Assembly: GCA_965207935.1 (NCBI GenBank) | Contig: CBDBNM010000002.1 | Span: 185,055 to 249,054, forward strand | Origin: Dehalococcoidia bacterium | GTDB taxonomy: Bacteria; Chloroflexota; Dehalococcoidia; Lucifugimonadales; JAGWBF01 | Length of the DNA: 64,000 bases | Reading direction: 5' to 3' | Shown: positions 9,011 through 20,589 of the stretch, one piece after another | How positions within the stretch are numbered: position 1 is the stretch's first letter | Layout of the letters: every line of letters starts with the position of its first letter | The notes under the pieces: generated by a model | What the model was told of the DNA's origin: nothing | The model's input: only the letters and a program-made list of their open reading frames with translations | Databases searched by the model: none | Position numbers and translations under genes: made by a program

Positions 9011-9604
9011 ATGACCAGCGAGACCAGCGTAGTAACCCCCGAAAGGTTTTCCCAGGGTTTCAGCTACCCTGACTATATCGCCCAGATCAACATCAACAAG
9101 AACTGGTTTGAGAAGCTCTACGACTCATTCCAGGTGGAATCCGATGACGCCGAGTTCTTTAAGGAGGCAGTCAGCCTTCCCAACGGCCCAGCCAAGATGA
9201 TGGTCATCGGGGAAGACTGGTGCCCGGATGTTTACCGCGGAATGCCCGTCATGGCCCGCATTGCCGAGGCGGCGGGGATGGAGATGCGGGTGTTCCCCCG
9301 GGACGCCAACATGGACATCATGAACGAGTTCCTGAAGGAAGGTAAGTGGGCCTCGATCCCGGCGGTGGTGTTCTACTCGGCCTCCCACGAGTATTTGTGC
9401 CATTGGATAGAACGGCCGGCCCTGGCCGAGCAAGAGATGGAGTCCATATCCGCCCAGGTCAAGAGCGAGATGCCCAACGCATCGGAGCAGGAGATTCGGG
9501 CGGCGGCCAGGCCGCGAAACCAGGAGCGCTTCCCCGCTTGGCAGCAGGAATCGGTCAAGGAGATACGCAAGCTCCTGACCGAATCACTCAACATCCAGGG
9601 CTAG
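9011..9604 (+). CDS. Thioredoxin-fold protein (Thioredoxin_9-like), monothiol WCPDV
   Basis: AGGAGG then ATG 9011; VIGEDWCPDV, RVFPRD, SIP, WIERP. Confidence 0.85.
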   Translation: MTSETSVVTPERFSQGFSYPDYIAQININKNWFEKLYDSFQVESDDAEFFKEAVSLPNGPAKMMVIGEDWCPDVYRGMPVMARIAEAAGMEMRVFPRDANMDIMNEFLKEGKWASIPAVVFYSASHEYLCHWIERPALAEQEMESISAQVKSEMPNASEQEIRAAARPRNQERFPAWQQESVKEIRKLLTESLNIQG

Positions 9605-9626
9605 GTTTTGGGCTAGGGGCTCTTCC

Positions 9627-11729
9627 TTAAGAAGGCCCACCGCTGGAGTACTCGTTCACGGAGATGCTCCCGCCTTCCCAGATCGATAGATGATAGGGGG
9701 CTTCCTGCAAGGTGTCGGGCGACAGGGCGGCCACGATCACGTACACCTTTTCTAAGCCCCGGGTTGCTGGAACTACGATCTGCCCTGCGTTGTCCGAGTT
9801 GAGCCTAAGCTCCCGCACCACGTTGGAGTTCCCCTCCTCGACAACCTGCACGATGTACTCCTGGGGGGCCCGGTTGTCTATCCGGCGAAACCCCTGAGGG
9901 ACCCATGTGCCGTCGAAGCTCGCATCAGGGTCGATGCCGATCTCCGGCACGGCGATGTGGTCGAGGCAGATGCCCGTCTCGTGCAAGGCATCGTCGGTCA
10001 CATAGTGGAATCGGACCAACACCTCCTGGCCCGCGTACTCCGCCAAGCTGGTTTCGTACACCTCCCATCCATCGCTGGAGCCTGTGTAACCCGGCCCGAA
10101 GCTGACGCCCAGGGAGTCTTCGTCAGTGGTGCCCTCAGCATTCAGGATGTCCCAGGTGGAACCGCCATCCACCGACACCTCCACATAGGCGTAGTCCCAG
10201 CCCTCCTCGATTTCGTACCACAGGCGGTAGCTGAGGGTGGCATCATCCACCTGGGTCAGGTCCAGCCCCCGGGTAAGAGTGGTGCTGATGGAATCTCCCC
10301 GGTTGCCCCACCAGCAGTGGCCCTCGACCAGGTCCAACGGGATGATCGGCGTGTGGGACCGTCCCTGGAACTGGATGATCAGCCCTTCATCCACATCGTC
10401 GATGGCGTAGTACCTGGCAGAGTACTGGGGAATAGAAGAGCTGACGCCGTCGTTGGAGCCCAGCTCTTCTACATCACGGACCCTTATCTCAGCATCAGGG
10501 TAGCTGTAGGCTCCGTCATCCGGTTCATCAAGCAGGTTGGCCACAGTCCAGTCCGCAAACACATCCCTGAAGGTGCGCCCCGCACCTACCTCATCGAGAT
10601 AGGACTCGACGCCCGCAACCCCGTCCAGAGGATTCTGCACCAGCCTGAGAGGGGAACCAAATCGCTCGTACAGGTATCGAAAGAACAGGTAGTCGCCTCC
10701 GTAGTGGGCTGGCCCGGGATCGGAGGGCCAGTTGACCAGGGAGGTGGTCGGATTTCTCAGAAAGGCGTTTACGCTAATGGGGTCGTATCCGGCCTTGTGA
10801 GACGCCAGCTCCGAAAGCCCTTCCCCAACCCATGCATCCTCCGTCGGGTCTGAGTTCCAGTGGACCAGGTGCTGAAGCTCGTGGGCCAGGACCGAGAGGT
10901 ACAATGACGTCCCAACGAACCTCTCGTTGCCATCCATGTATATCATCTCCCTCTCGTTGCTGAACGGGAATGCTGCAGCCGGGTGCTCATCCATGGAACT
11001 GAAGTACCCCGCCAGGCCGCTCAACCTGACGTGCAAGATGGCGATCCTGGGGTCACCATCTATTCCAGGCGACCACTCACCGCCGAAATCGGAGGTCACT
11101 CGGGGGTATATCTCCTCTTCGAACACCTCGGCCACCCTTTCCAGGTCTTCATCGGAGATGCCGACGCCATCTTCCACGTACCAGTAAGCATGCGGGCTGA
11201 TGACCCTAAGGGTGGCGGGGACGGAGTGAATCCTCACCCTCGACAGGTCGAGGGCAAAGAACTCTTCAGTGTCTCCCGTCGTCCTGGGCACGCCGAACTC
11301 TGAAGCTACATGAGGTATGGGGTCATGCTGCTTGAGAATGAGAGAGCGGCCCAGCTCCAACAGGTCCCGGTCCGGCGGGGCCTCGTACTGAGCGCTTTCG
11401 TTGACGTGCGGCGTTGCGTTGGGCGATGAAGCCGTCGGCTGGACAATGCTGTCTTGTTCAGATCCCGTGGGGCTGGGTGGGCTTGTCGGTGTGTCGACAG
11501 ACTCCCCATCTCCGGGCATCTCTGCAGTCGGCTCAAGGCCCGACGTGGGTGTATCCGTGCCAGGGTCCGTTGCAGGCGTGGTATCGACAGCTGCAGGACT
11601 GGGGGAAGGCGTTACCTCACCTGTAGCAGGGCCTTCTCCCCCATCGGACCTGCAAGCGAGGAGGGCGGACAGAACTGCTACCAGGACAATGAGGCAGGCA
11701 GCTTTGCCAACCAAGCCTTTACTGCTCAT
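9627..11729 (-). CDS. Secreted zinc metalloprotease lipoprotein, immune inhibitor A/M6-like
   Basis: Lipobox LLAC, Pro/Thr linker, LAHELQHL, W.GEGLSE, WYEIEEGWDYAYVEVS, FHYVTD. Confidence 0.8.
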   Translation of the reverse strand: MSSKGLVGKAACLIVLVAVLSALLACRSDGGEGPATGEVTPSPSPAAVDTTPATDPGTDTPTSGLEPTAEMPGDGESVDTPTSPPSPTGSEQDSIVQPTASSPNATPHVNESAQYEAPPDRDLLELGRSLILKQHDPIPHVASEFGVPRTTGDTEEFFALDLSRVRIHSVPATLRVISPHAYWYVEDGVGISDEDLERVAEVFEEEIYPRVTSDFGGEWSPGIDGDPRIAILHVRLSGLAGYFSSMDEHPAAAFPFSNEREMIYMDGNERFVGTSLYLSVLAHELQHLVHWNSDPTEDAWVGEGLSELASHKAGYDPISVNAFLRNPTTSLVNWPSDPGPAHYGGDYLFFRYLYERFGSPLRLVQNPLDGVAGVESYLDEVGAGRTFRDVFADWTVANLLDEPDDGAYSYPDAEIRVRDVEELGSNDGVSSSIPQYSARYYAIDDVDEGLIIQFQGRSHTPIIPLDLVEGHCWWGNRGDSISTTLTRGLDLTQVDDATLSYRLWYEIEEGWDYAYVEVSVDGGSTWDILNAEGTTDEDSLGVSFGPGYTGSSDGWEVYETSLAEYAGQEVLVRFHYVTDDALHETGICLDHIAVPEIGIDPDASFDGTWVPQGFRRIDNRAPQEYIVQVVEEGNSNVVRELRLNSDNAGQIVVPATRGLEKVYVIVAALSPDTLQEAPYHLSIWEGGSISVNEYSSGGPS

Positions 11730-12291
11730 CGGCCCTGTTGAAGATGTTCATGGTGGATTCAATGTCGTTCTCGAGCAGGTACACCAGGGCATCTGCGGCC
11801 CTGGCATTGGCAGCGTCGATAAGGGGCTTCTCATCCCCCGAGAACGAGCCAAGGACATGGGCTATCTCGTTGCCGTTGCTCAAGGGTTTCCCGATGCCTA
11901 TGCGCACCCGGGGGATATCGGTGGTGTGGACGGCCTGGATGATGGATGTCATCCCGTTGTGGCCCGCATCGCTGCCTCCCCTTCTCACCCGGATCCTCCC
12001 CGTGGGCAGGGCCATCTCGTCGTACACGACGATCAGGTCTTTGTGCCCGCCGCCGAAGCGGGCAAGCAGGTACTGCACCGCATCCCCGCTGTGGTTCATG
12101 AAGGTCCGCGGTTTCGCCAGAACCACCTTGTGCTCACCATGAGTCCCTTGGCCCAGAACAGCCTTGGCTCGGCGGTCCGACACGGGGATCTCCAGCCGTT
12201 TGGCCAGTAGGTCGATGCAGCGGAAACCTACGTTATGCCTGCTGCCGGCGTACTTGCGTCCCGGATTTCCCAACCCGACGATTATCCTCAC
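11719..12291 (-). CDS. pth: Peptidyl-tRNA hydrolase
   Basis: IVGLGNPG.KY..SRHNVGF, KPRTFMN.SG, GHNG, RVRIGIG. Confidence 0.97.
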   Translation of the reverse strand: MRIIVGLGNPGRKYAGSRHNVGFRCIDLLAKRLEIPVSDRRAKAVLGQGTHGEHKVVLAKPRTFMNHSGDAVQYLLARFGGGHKDLIVVYDEMALPTGRIRVRRGGSDAGHNGMTSIIQAVHTTDIPRVRIGIGKPLSNGNEIAHVLGSFSGDEKPLIDAANARAADALVYLLENDIESTMNIFNRADEQ

Positions 12292-12351
12292 AGGCTTACC
12301 GGCCCCCTGAATGGGGGAGAGGCGCTTGCGGGAATCGGCGGCGGGCCGTGT

Positions 12352-14436
<2,085 letters not shown>

Positions 14437-14548
14437 TCACGGGTCATTATAGCAACTCCAAGTCCCCGTCCATGACCAGTCTGGGGCGGATCACGGGGCA
14501 GAAAACCGACTTGTCAAACCGTGGGCTTCCCACTAAGATTGGGAAATT

Positions 14549-15070
14549 GTGGAAGCCAGTCAAGCCAGATACCGCTTCGGGGCGCTATCCAGCATAACCG
14601 CAGAAGCTATTGGGGAGCCCGGAAAGCGCACCTTCAAGCTCACCCTTCATGCAGGGGCTGCCACGGCCATAGTCTGGCTGGAAAAGGAGCAGCTCTCCCA
14701 GCTTGGGACCCGCCTACAGGAGATCATAGCGACCCTCTCGGACGAGGAGCGGTCCCAGTCCGGCGAGGCGCCCGAGCCTGAATGGAACGATCGAATAACC
14801 AACCTGGACTTTAAGGCCGCCAAGCTTGCCTTGGGGTACGATTCCGGTTCCGGCAACTTCCTCCTCCTGGCCCACAACATGGAAGAGGAGGATGACCGGA
14901 CCGCCACCATCAGCTGCTGGATCTCCCTGAACCAGGGAGAAGACCTGGGAGAAGAAGCCCTCAGGGTATGCGCCGCCGGCAGGCCTCAATGCCCCCTCTG
15001 CTCGAGACCCATCGACCCTGACGGCCACATGTGTCCCAGGGCCAACGGGCACGCACCCCTCCAGGACTAA
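14549..15070 (+). CDS. DUF3090 family protein
   Basis: AIGEPGKRTF, LEKEQL, AAGRPQCPLC..PIDPDGHMCPRANG. Confidence 0.85.
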   Translation: MEASQARYRFGALSSITAEAIGEPGKRTFKLTLHAGAATAIVWLEKEQLSQLGTRLQEIIATLSDEERSQSGEAPEPEWNDRITNLDFKAAKLALGYDSGSGNFLLLAHNMEEEDDRTATISCWISLNQGEDLGEEALRVCAAGRPQCPLCSRPIDPDGHMCPRANGHAPLQD

Positions 15071-15089
15071 CAACCCGCCCCGGGAGGAT

Positions 15090-15797
15090 GTGGAAGGATT
15101 GAGCTCCGTCCAGGATACCCGCAGGTTGCTGCTGGAAGGGGAGATAAGCGACGCCAGCCTCACCCTCTGGGGCTCCAACTACACCTTCCTCGTCAACGTC
15201 AACAACGGCTCTGAAGGCTGCCAAGCTGTCTATAAGCCAAGGGACGGAGAAGCGCCCCTCTGGGACTTTCCCGGCGGCACCCTGTACAAACGGGAGTACG
15301 GGGCTTATCTCTTGAGCCAGCTACTCGGCTGGGACCTGGTGCCCCTGACGGTGGTAAGGGACGGCCCCTATGGCGTGGGCTCCGTGCAGTTCTTTGTGGA
15401 GCATGACCCCCAAGTCCACTACTACACCCTGCGGGGCGACCACAGCGAAGCGCTGAAAAGGATCGCCTGTTTCGACCTCGTCAGCAACAACGCCGACCGC
15501 AAAGGCATCCACTGCATCCAGGGGAACGACGGGCATGTCTGGGGCATCGACCACGGCCTGACCTTCCACGCCCAGCTGAAGGTGCGGACTGTGATTTGGG
15601 ACTTTGCCGGCGAGCCCATACCCCGGGAGTTCCTGGCAGACCTGGAGTCGTTCGCCTCCACGCTGGAAGAGCCTGAAGGGCTAGCGAGGGAGCTTATGGA
15701 GCTGCTCCACCCCACGGAGGCGGACGCCCTTAAGCAGCGCGTTCAATGGATCACCGAGATCAAGGAGTTCCCCGGCACCACCCGCCGCCGGGCATGA
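15090..15797 (+). CDS. SCO1664 family protein (PI3/PI4-kinase-like)
   Basis: SNYTFL, VYKPRDGEAPLWDFP.GTL..RE, NNADRKG.H, WGIDHGLTF. Confidence 0.88.
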   Translation: MEGLSSVQDTRRLLLEGEISDASLTLWGSNYTFLVNVNNGSEGCQAVYKPRDGEAPLWDFPGGTLYKREYGAYLLSQLLGWDLVPLTVVRDGPYGVGSVQFFVEHDPQVHYYTLRGDHSEALKRIACFDLVSNNADRKGIHCIQGNDGHVWGIDHGLTFHAQLKVRTVIWDFAGEPIPREFLADLESFASTLEEPEGLARELMELLHPTEADALKQRVQWITEIKEFPGTTRRRA

Positions 15798-15804
15798 CCG
15801 GGGT

Positions 15805-16218
15805 CTACGCCTGGAAGCCGTGATTCGCCTGGTAGGTCTCCACAGCATCCTGGAGCTTGCGCCTGAACTCCACCGAATTCGTCGGCTGGATCATCAGCCT
15901 GCCCGATGTCCTGAGGCGGATAATCAGGCGGTTCCCGAGGGGAAGGGGCAGGGCATCGACCCACTCGATATGGCCAAAGAGCACATGCCGTGACCTTGGC
16001 TGGCCGTAGAATATCACCATCCTGTCTTCATAGATGGAGTAGTACCTGGGAGTGGTGAACCAAGCCAGAAGGCCAAAGCCTAACCCGATTAGGATAAGGA
16101 CATAGTGCTGCATGACGACCCCAAGGATCATGGAGAGGAAGGCGACGATCAGACGCAGGTTGGCCGAACCCGCATGCCGCTCGAACCACTGGGGTTCTTT
16201 GGGCTGAATCGATTCCAA
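15805..16218 (-). CDS. Hypothetical two-TM protein with PH-like soluble domain (paralog A)
   Basis: Two TMs then TTPRYYSIYEDRMVIFYGQPRSRHVLF; clearly similar to the adjacent gene. Confidence 0.7.
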   Translation of the reverse strand: MESIQPKEPQWFERHAGSANLRLIVAFLSMILGVVMQHYVLILIGLGFGLLAWFTTPRYYSIYEDRMVIFYGQPRSRHVLFGHIEWVDALPLPLGNRLIIRLRTSGRLMIQPTNSVEFRRKLQDAVETYQANHGFQA

Positions 16219-16222
16219 GGCC

Positions 16223-16693
16223 CTAGACCTCTTCTGCAGGAGGCTCTTGAGGGGGCTGTTGGGGAGGCTGTCGCTCCGGGGACTTGCCCGTATGGGATAG
16301 AACGGCTGCCTTGAACTTGTCCTGGAAGTCGCCCAAGGCTTTGGGCTGAATGATGACTCTTCTGCCGCTCCTCAGCCTGATCCACAAACGGTTACCGAAG
16401 TTGAACTGCGGCACCTCGATCTCATCTATCTCGTTGAACAGGACGTGCCTTAGCCGCGGCCTCCCGTAGAACACAACCAATCGGTCTTCGTAAAGGCTGT
16501 ACGCCTGGGGCGTCGTAAGCCAAGCATATGCGGCGGCGGCGATGCCTATCACAACGAAATCGCCGGGAACGAAGAGTCCAGCCTGGACAATCACGCCCAT
16601 GACCACAAAGGCGATGCCCATGATCAGCGTGATGTTGATGGCGGACACATGGCGGTCTCTGTACAGGGGTTCCGGTCGTTGCATAACGGCCAT
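16223..16693 (-). CDS. Hypothetical two-TM protein with PH-like soluble domain (paralog B; start 16693 or 16684)
   Basis: TTPQAYSLYEDRLVVFYGRPRLRHVLF..GNRLWIRLRSG. Confidence 0.7.
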   Translation of the reverse strand: MAVMQRPEPLYRDRHVSAINITLIMGIAFVVMGVIVQAGLFVPGDFVVIGIAAAAYAWLTTPQAYSLYEDRLVVFYGRPRLRHVLFNEIDEIEVPQFNFGNRLWIRLRSGRRVIIQPKALGDFQDKFKAAVLSHTGKSPERQPPQQPPQEPPAEEV

Positions 16694-16842
16694 ATTGTAA
16701 CACATACCTAGCCGAACTTTGGATGGGATAGTAGGTCGGGACGACGGGAACACTCAGGGAAGAGGCCGTCGCTCCTGGGGGTTCTGGTATAATGCAACCG
16801 GTTTGGCCAGACACGTTTAATCCCCCGTGCTATATGCTGAGC

Positions 16843-17187
16843 ATGGACGACAGGCCCTCACAAAAACAGATAAAGCTAACCGTCTACGACAACGAACCCC
16901 TGGCGCGCCTTGCCCAGCAGCGACTGCAGCAAGAGGATGTTCCATGCGTGGTTCGCTCCCTGGGCGTAGGCCCCGGCGGATGGGGAGTAGCAACCTACCT
17001 GCCCCACGGGTTGTACGTCGGGGCAGCCGACGAGATGAAGGCGCGGGACATCCTGGAACTTCCGCCGGACGAGACCACCGAGCGGGACGAGACTTCTCCC
17101 AAGACGCCCATCAAACTTCACCCAGCTTTCGTAGTACTTCTGCTGGTCGTCGTCGCAGCCATACTATTGACCAACTTTCGCTGGTAA
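16843..17187 (+). CDS. DUF2007-like protein with C-terminal TM anchor
   Basis: VYDNEPLARLAQQRLQQEDVPC..LYVGAADEMKARDIL; hydrophobic tail. Confidence 0.65.
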   Translation: MDDRPSQKQIKLTVYDNEPLARLAQQRLQQEDVPCVVRSLGVGPGGWGVATYLPHGLYVGAADEMKARDILELPPDETTERDETSPKTPIKLHPAFVVLLLVVVAAILLTNFRW

Positions 17188-17236
17188 TCGCAGCCACATC
17201 TTTCCCCGGCATAAAGGCCATGAAGGAGGCCCCCAC

Positions 17237-19039
17237 TTGGTGATTAGAAGGGAGAGCCTGCTCCCCGAGCACGTAGAGTTCCAGAAGAGCGCCACCGGCA
17301 GAGCGGCCGTATCGGGCACCCGGGGAGTCGTGTCCTCAGGGCACCACCTGGTCTCCCTTTCGGGGATGAAGATGCTCCTGAACGGAGGTAACGCCTTCGA
17401 CGCCGCGGTGGCTATGGGCCTGTCGGCGGGCGTCATCGAGCCGGCGGCCCCTTACTCCCTGGCCGCCGAGGGCTCCTTCATGCTCTACCCTGCTGCAACC
17501 GGTAAGGTAATCTCTCTGAGCGGCCAGGGCGTGGCCGCTGGGCGGGCCACCGTCGAGCTGTTCAACAGCAGGGGCCTAGACAAGGTGCCGACTGGCCCTC
17601 ATCCCGACGCCGGCCTGTCCTTCACCGTCCCGGGAGTCATGGGCGCCTACCTGTCCATCCTGGAGAACTACGGCACCAAGAGCCTGGCAGAAACAGCCGC
17701 TCCAGCCATCGACTACGCCCGCCGGGGGTTCCCCATGTACCCCTTCATGCACCGCATGCTGGGATTCAGGGGCACGGCCGAGCGTATCAGGAAGTACTCG
17801 CCCAATGGGACCCAGGTCTTCTTCACAGGCGATGAACCCCACGAGGTGGGCCAACTGGTCGTACAGGAGCAGCTTGCATCCACCCTGGACAAGATGGTCG
17901 ATGCTGAGAGCGCCACCAGGAGCAACAGGCAGACGGGCATACAGGCCGCCCGCGAAGTGTTCTACCGGGGCGACATCGCCCGCACCATTGTCGAGTGTTC
18001 GGACCGTCTGGGAGGACTCCTCAGCATGGAGGACCTGGCAGGCTACTCTCCCAAGTACGAGGAACCCCTCACCATCGACTTTCGGGGGTACCGCATCTGC
18101 GCCCAGTCCACCTGGACCCAGGGAGCGGTGCTGCTGCAGGCCCTCAACATCCTTGAAGAGTTCGACCTGGCCGGCATGGGGCACAACTCAGCCCAGTACA
18201 TCCACATCGTCACCGAGGCCATAAAGCTAGCCTTTGCAGACCGGGAAGCCTACTACGGGGACCCGGACTTCGCCAGTGTTCCCATTGACGGGCTGCTGTC
18301 AAAGGCCTATGCAGCCACCCGCATCCCGCTGCTGCGGGAGGATGAGGCTTGGCCCGAGATACCCCCCGCCGGAGACCCCTGGGCCTTCAGTAGCCTTTCC
18401 CGCCCGGCGACGGCCATGGCAGGAGCCTCGGACTCGCCGGGTTCCGGCCCGGGGGCCGACCACGGCACCACGCACCTCGCCGCCATCGACGTTGAGGGCA
18501 ACATCATTTGCGCTACGCCCAGCGGCGCCGCCTTCTTCAAGTCAATCTACTTCCCCGAGCTGGGCTTGGCCCTGAGCACGCGCAGCGAGATGTTCTTCGT
18601 GGACGAACATCACCCCAACGGCATCGCGCCCGGCAAGCGCCCACGCACAACCCTTGTGAACTACATGGTCTGCCAGGGCGACCAGCCCTTCATGACCGTG
18701 GGTTGTCCCGGAGGCGACAACCAGGCCCAGTCGGACATCCAGATGGTCCTCAACGTGCTGGTGTTCGGCATGAATCCCCAGGAGGCCGTGGAAGCTCCCA
18801 GGTTCGCATCCCAGAGCATGACCAACTCTTTCTATCCCAGGGTTTACCGACCCGGGCACCTGGATGTGGAGCCGGGTATCACGCCCGAGGTCCAGCAGCA
18901 GCTATCAGCCCTGGGACACAATGTGGTGGAGGCGTTCCCCTGCGGCTACGGAGCAACAGTGACCCGCCGGGAACCGGACTCAGGCATCATGAGTGCTGGG
19001 GCGGATCATCGGACAGCTTCATACGCAATTGCATGGTAG
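17237..19039 (+). CDS. ggt: Gamma-glutamyltransferase family protein
   Basis: GGNAFDAAVA, AFADREAYYGDP, nucleophile GTTH, PGKRPRTT, PGG. Confidence 0.92.
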   Translation: MVIRRESLLPEHVEFQKSATGRAAVSGTRGVVSSGHHLVSLSGMKMLLNGGNAFDAAVAMGLSAGVIEPAAPYSLAAEGSFMLYPAATGKVISLSGQGVAAGRATVELFNSRGLDKVPTGPHPDAGLSFTVPGVMGAYLSILENYGTKSLAETAAPAIDYARRGFPMYPFMHRMLGFRGTAERIRKYSPNGTQVFFTGDEPHEVGQLVVQEQLASTLDKMVDAESATRSNRQTGIQAAREVFYRGDIARTIVECSDRLGGLLSMEDLAGYSPKYEEPLTIDFRGYRICAQSTWTQGAVLLQALNILEEFDLAGMGHNSAQYIHIVTEAIKLAFADREAYYGDPDFASVPIDGLLSKAYAATRIPLLREDEAWPEIPPAGDPWAFSSLSRPATAMAGASDSPGSGPGADHGTTHLAAIDVEGNIICATPSGAAFFKSIYFPELGLALSTRSEMFFVDEHHPNGIAPGKRPRTTLVNYMVCQGDQPFMTVGCPGGDNQAQSDIQMVLNVLVFGMNPQEAVEAPRFASQSMTNSFYPRVYRPGHLDVEPGITPEVQQQLSALGHNVVEAFPCGYGATVTRREPDSGIMSAGADHRTASYAIAW

Positions 19040-20399
19040 GAAAGGGTAAGTCCGGATCGGGGTTCCCGCCCCTGTAGAGCACCCTCCTGAGGGCTTTGGT
19101 AAAGACATCTATCTCTGCTTCGGACATCGGAGCCGAAACTGCCCCCACCAGGCTGGGCGCCATCATAACGCCCTCGTTCATCAGTCCCCAGAAAACCTGG
19201 TTCCTCCGCTCGTCATCTGCCTTCGCTACATCCCGCCATGTGTGGACGGGATCATTGACGAAATGCAGCCCGAACAGGGAGCCCAGTCCCGTCACCCTAA
19301 CGGGCACTTCCAGTTCCAGGCAGATGTCCCTTATCCCTTCCCTGAGGGAGTCCGTCATCTCATCCAGGTGCTCGTACACCTCCGGAGTGAGGTGCTCCAG
19401 GGTGATGCCCCCGGCCAGCATGGTCAGGGGGTTCCCGTTGAAGGTGCCGGCATGGACTACTGCGGGACCCTTAAGAGGGTCGAACAGCTCCATGATCTCC
19501 CTTGAGCCTCCAAAGGCTCCCACGGGGAATCCCCCACCGATCACCTTCCCAAAGGTGGTCATGTCCGGGGTCACATCGTAGAGTTCCTGGGCGCCTCCCC
19601 TGGCTACCCGGAAGCTGATTACCTCGTCGAAGATCAGAACGATGCCATACCGCTTGGTCATGTCCCTTAGCATCTGCAGGTACTCCGGCTGGGCCGGTAC
19701 CATGCCTGAGCTGCCCAGGACCGGTTCGACGATAACCGCTGCCAGCTCATGGGCACACTCCTTGAGGATGAGCCGGGAAGCTTCGGTGTCGTTGAAGGGC
19801 AGCACCACCACTTGTTCCAGGGTTTCCGGAGGCAAACCCGCCACGCTGGCGACGGGCCTGGGACGGTCGTCGGGCCCCGCCGTCGCCGGGTCGGTGCGAA
19901 CACTCACCGAGACGGCATCGTGGGTGCCATGGTAACCGCCCTCGCACTTAGCCACTTTGGTCACGCCGGTGAAAGCCCTGGCGGCTCTGATGGCGTTGAG
20001 GGTGGCTTCAGTGCCCGAGTTTGTGAACCTGACCATGTCGAGGGATGGGACACGATCGCAGAGGAGCTTGGCCAACATGACCTGGTAGCGATTGGGGGCG
20101 TTGTAGACAAGGCCCTTGTCCGCCTGCTTCTTAATGGCCTCCACCACCGGGGGATAGGCGTTGCCGAACACCGATGTGGTCATGCAACCTATGAAATCCA
20201 GGCGAGCGGTGCCATCCACATCGTAAACGTAGCAGCCCTCGCCTCGCTCAATGTAAATCGGGTACGGCTTCCAGAAGATGCTGCTCCGAGTGTCTCCACC
20301 CGGCAGGTAACTCTGGGCTGTTTTCCACAGGGCCATGGAGCCGGCGGTCATCCCCAGGTAGCGCTCCAGCTCCCCCCACGCATCGGCGTTTGATGGCAT
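18987..20399 (-). CDS. Class III aminotransferase, glutamate-1-semialdehyde aminomutase-like
   Basis: RFTNSGTEAT, GGYHG, FDEVISFR, FGKVIGGGFPVGAFGG, HAGTFNGNP; start set at ATG 20399; may be a non-heme paralog. Confidence 0.85.
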   Translation of the reverse strand: MPSNADAWGELERYLGMTAGSMALWKTAQSYLPGGDTRSSIFWKPYPIYIERGEGCYVYDVDGTARLDFIGCMTTSVFGNAYPPVVEAIKKQADKGLVYNAPNRYQVMLAKLLCDRVPSLDMVRFTNSGTEATLNAIRAARAFTGVTKVAKCEGGYHGTHDAVSVSVRTDPATAGPDDRPRPVASVAGLPPETLEQVVVLPFNDTEASRLILKECAHELAAVIVEPVLGSSGMVPAQPEYLQMLRDMTKRYGIVLIFDEVISFRVARGGAQELYDVTPDMTTFGKVIGGGFPVGAFGGSREIMELFDPLKGPAVVHAGTFNGNPLTMLAGGITLEHLTPEVYEHLDEMTDSLREGIRDICLELEVPVRVTGLGSLFGLHFVNDPVHTWRDVAKADDERRNQVFWGLMNEGVMMAPSLVGAVSAPMSEAEIDVFTKALRRVLYRGGNPDPDLPFPTMQLRMKLSDDPPQHS

Positions 20400-20589
20400 C
20401 AACCCTTCCCTACGTTCAGAGTCCCAGCTTCGTCTGGCCCACCGATAATAGCACTTCGACCCCCCCATTTCCCACAACGCCGCCGATTTGACACGACTTG
20501 CCGGGGCGCGATTTTGTCAACTGAAAAACTGGTCAATTTTTAGCAAACCACGCCTTGAAAGTTGCGAAATTTAATTGATAGGCTGAATT

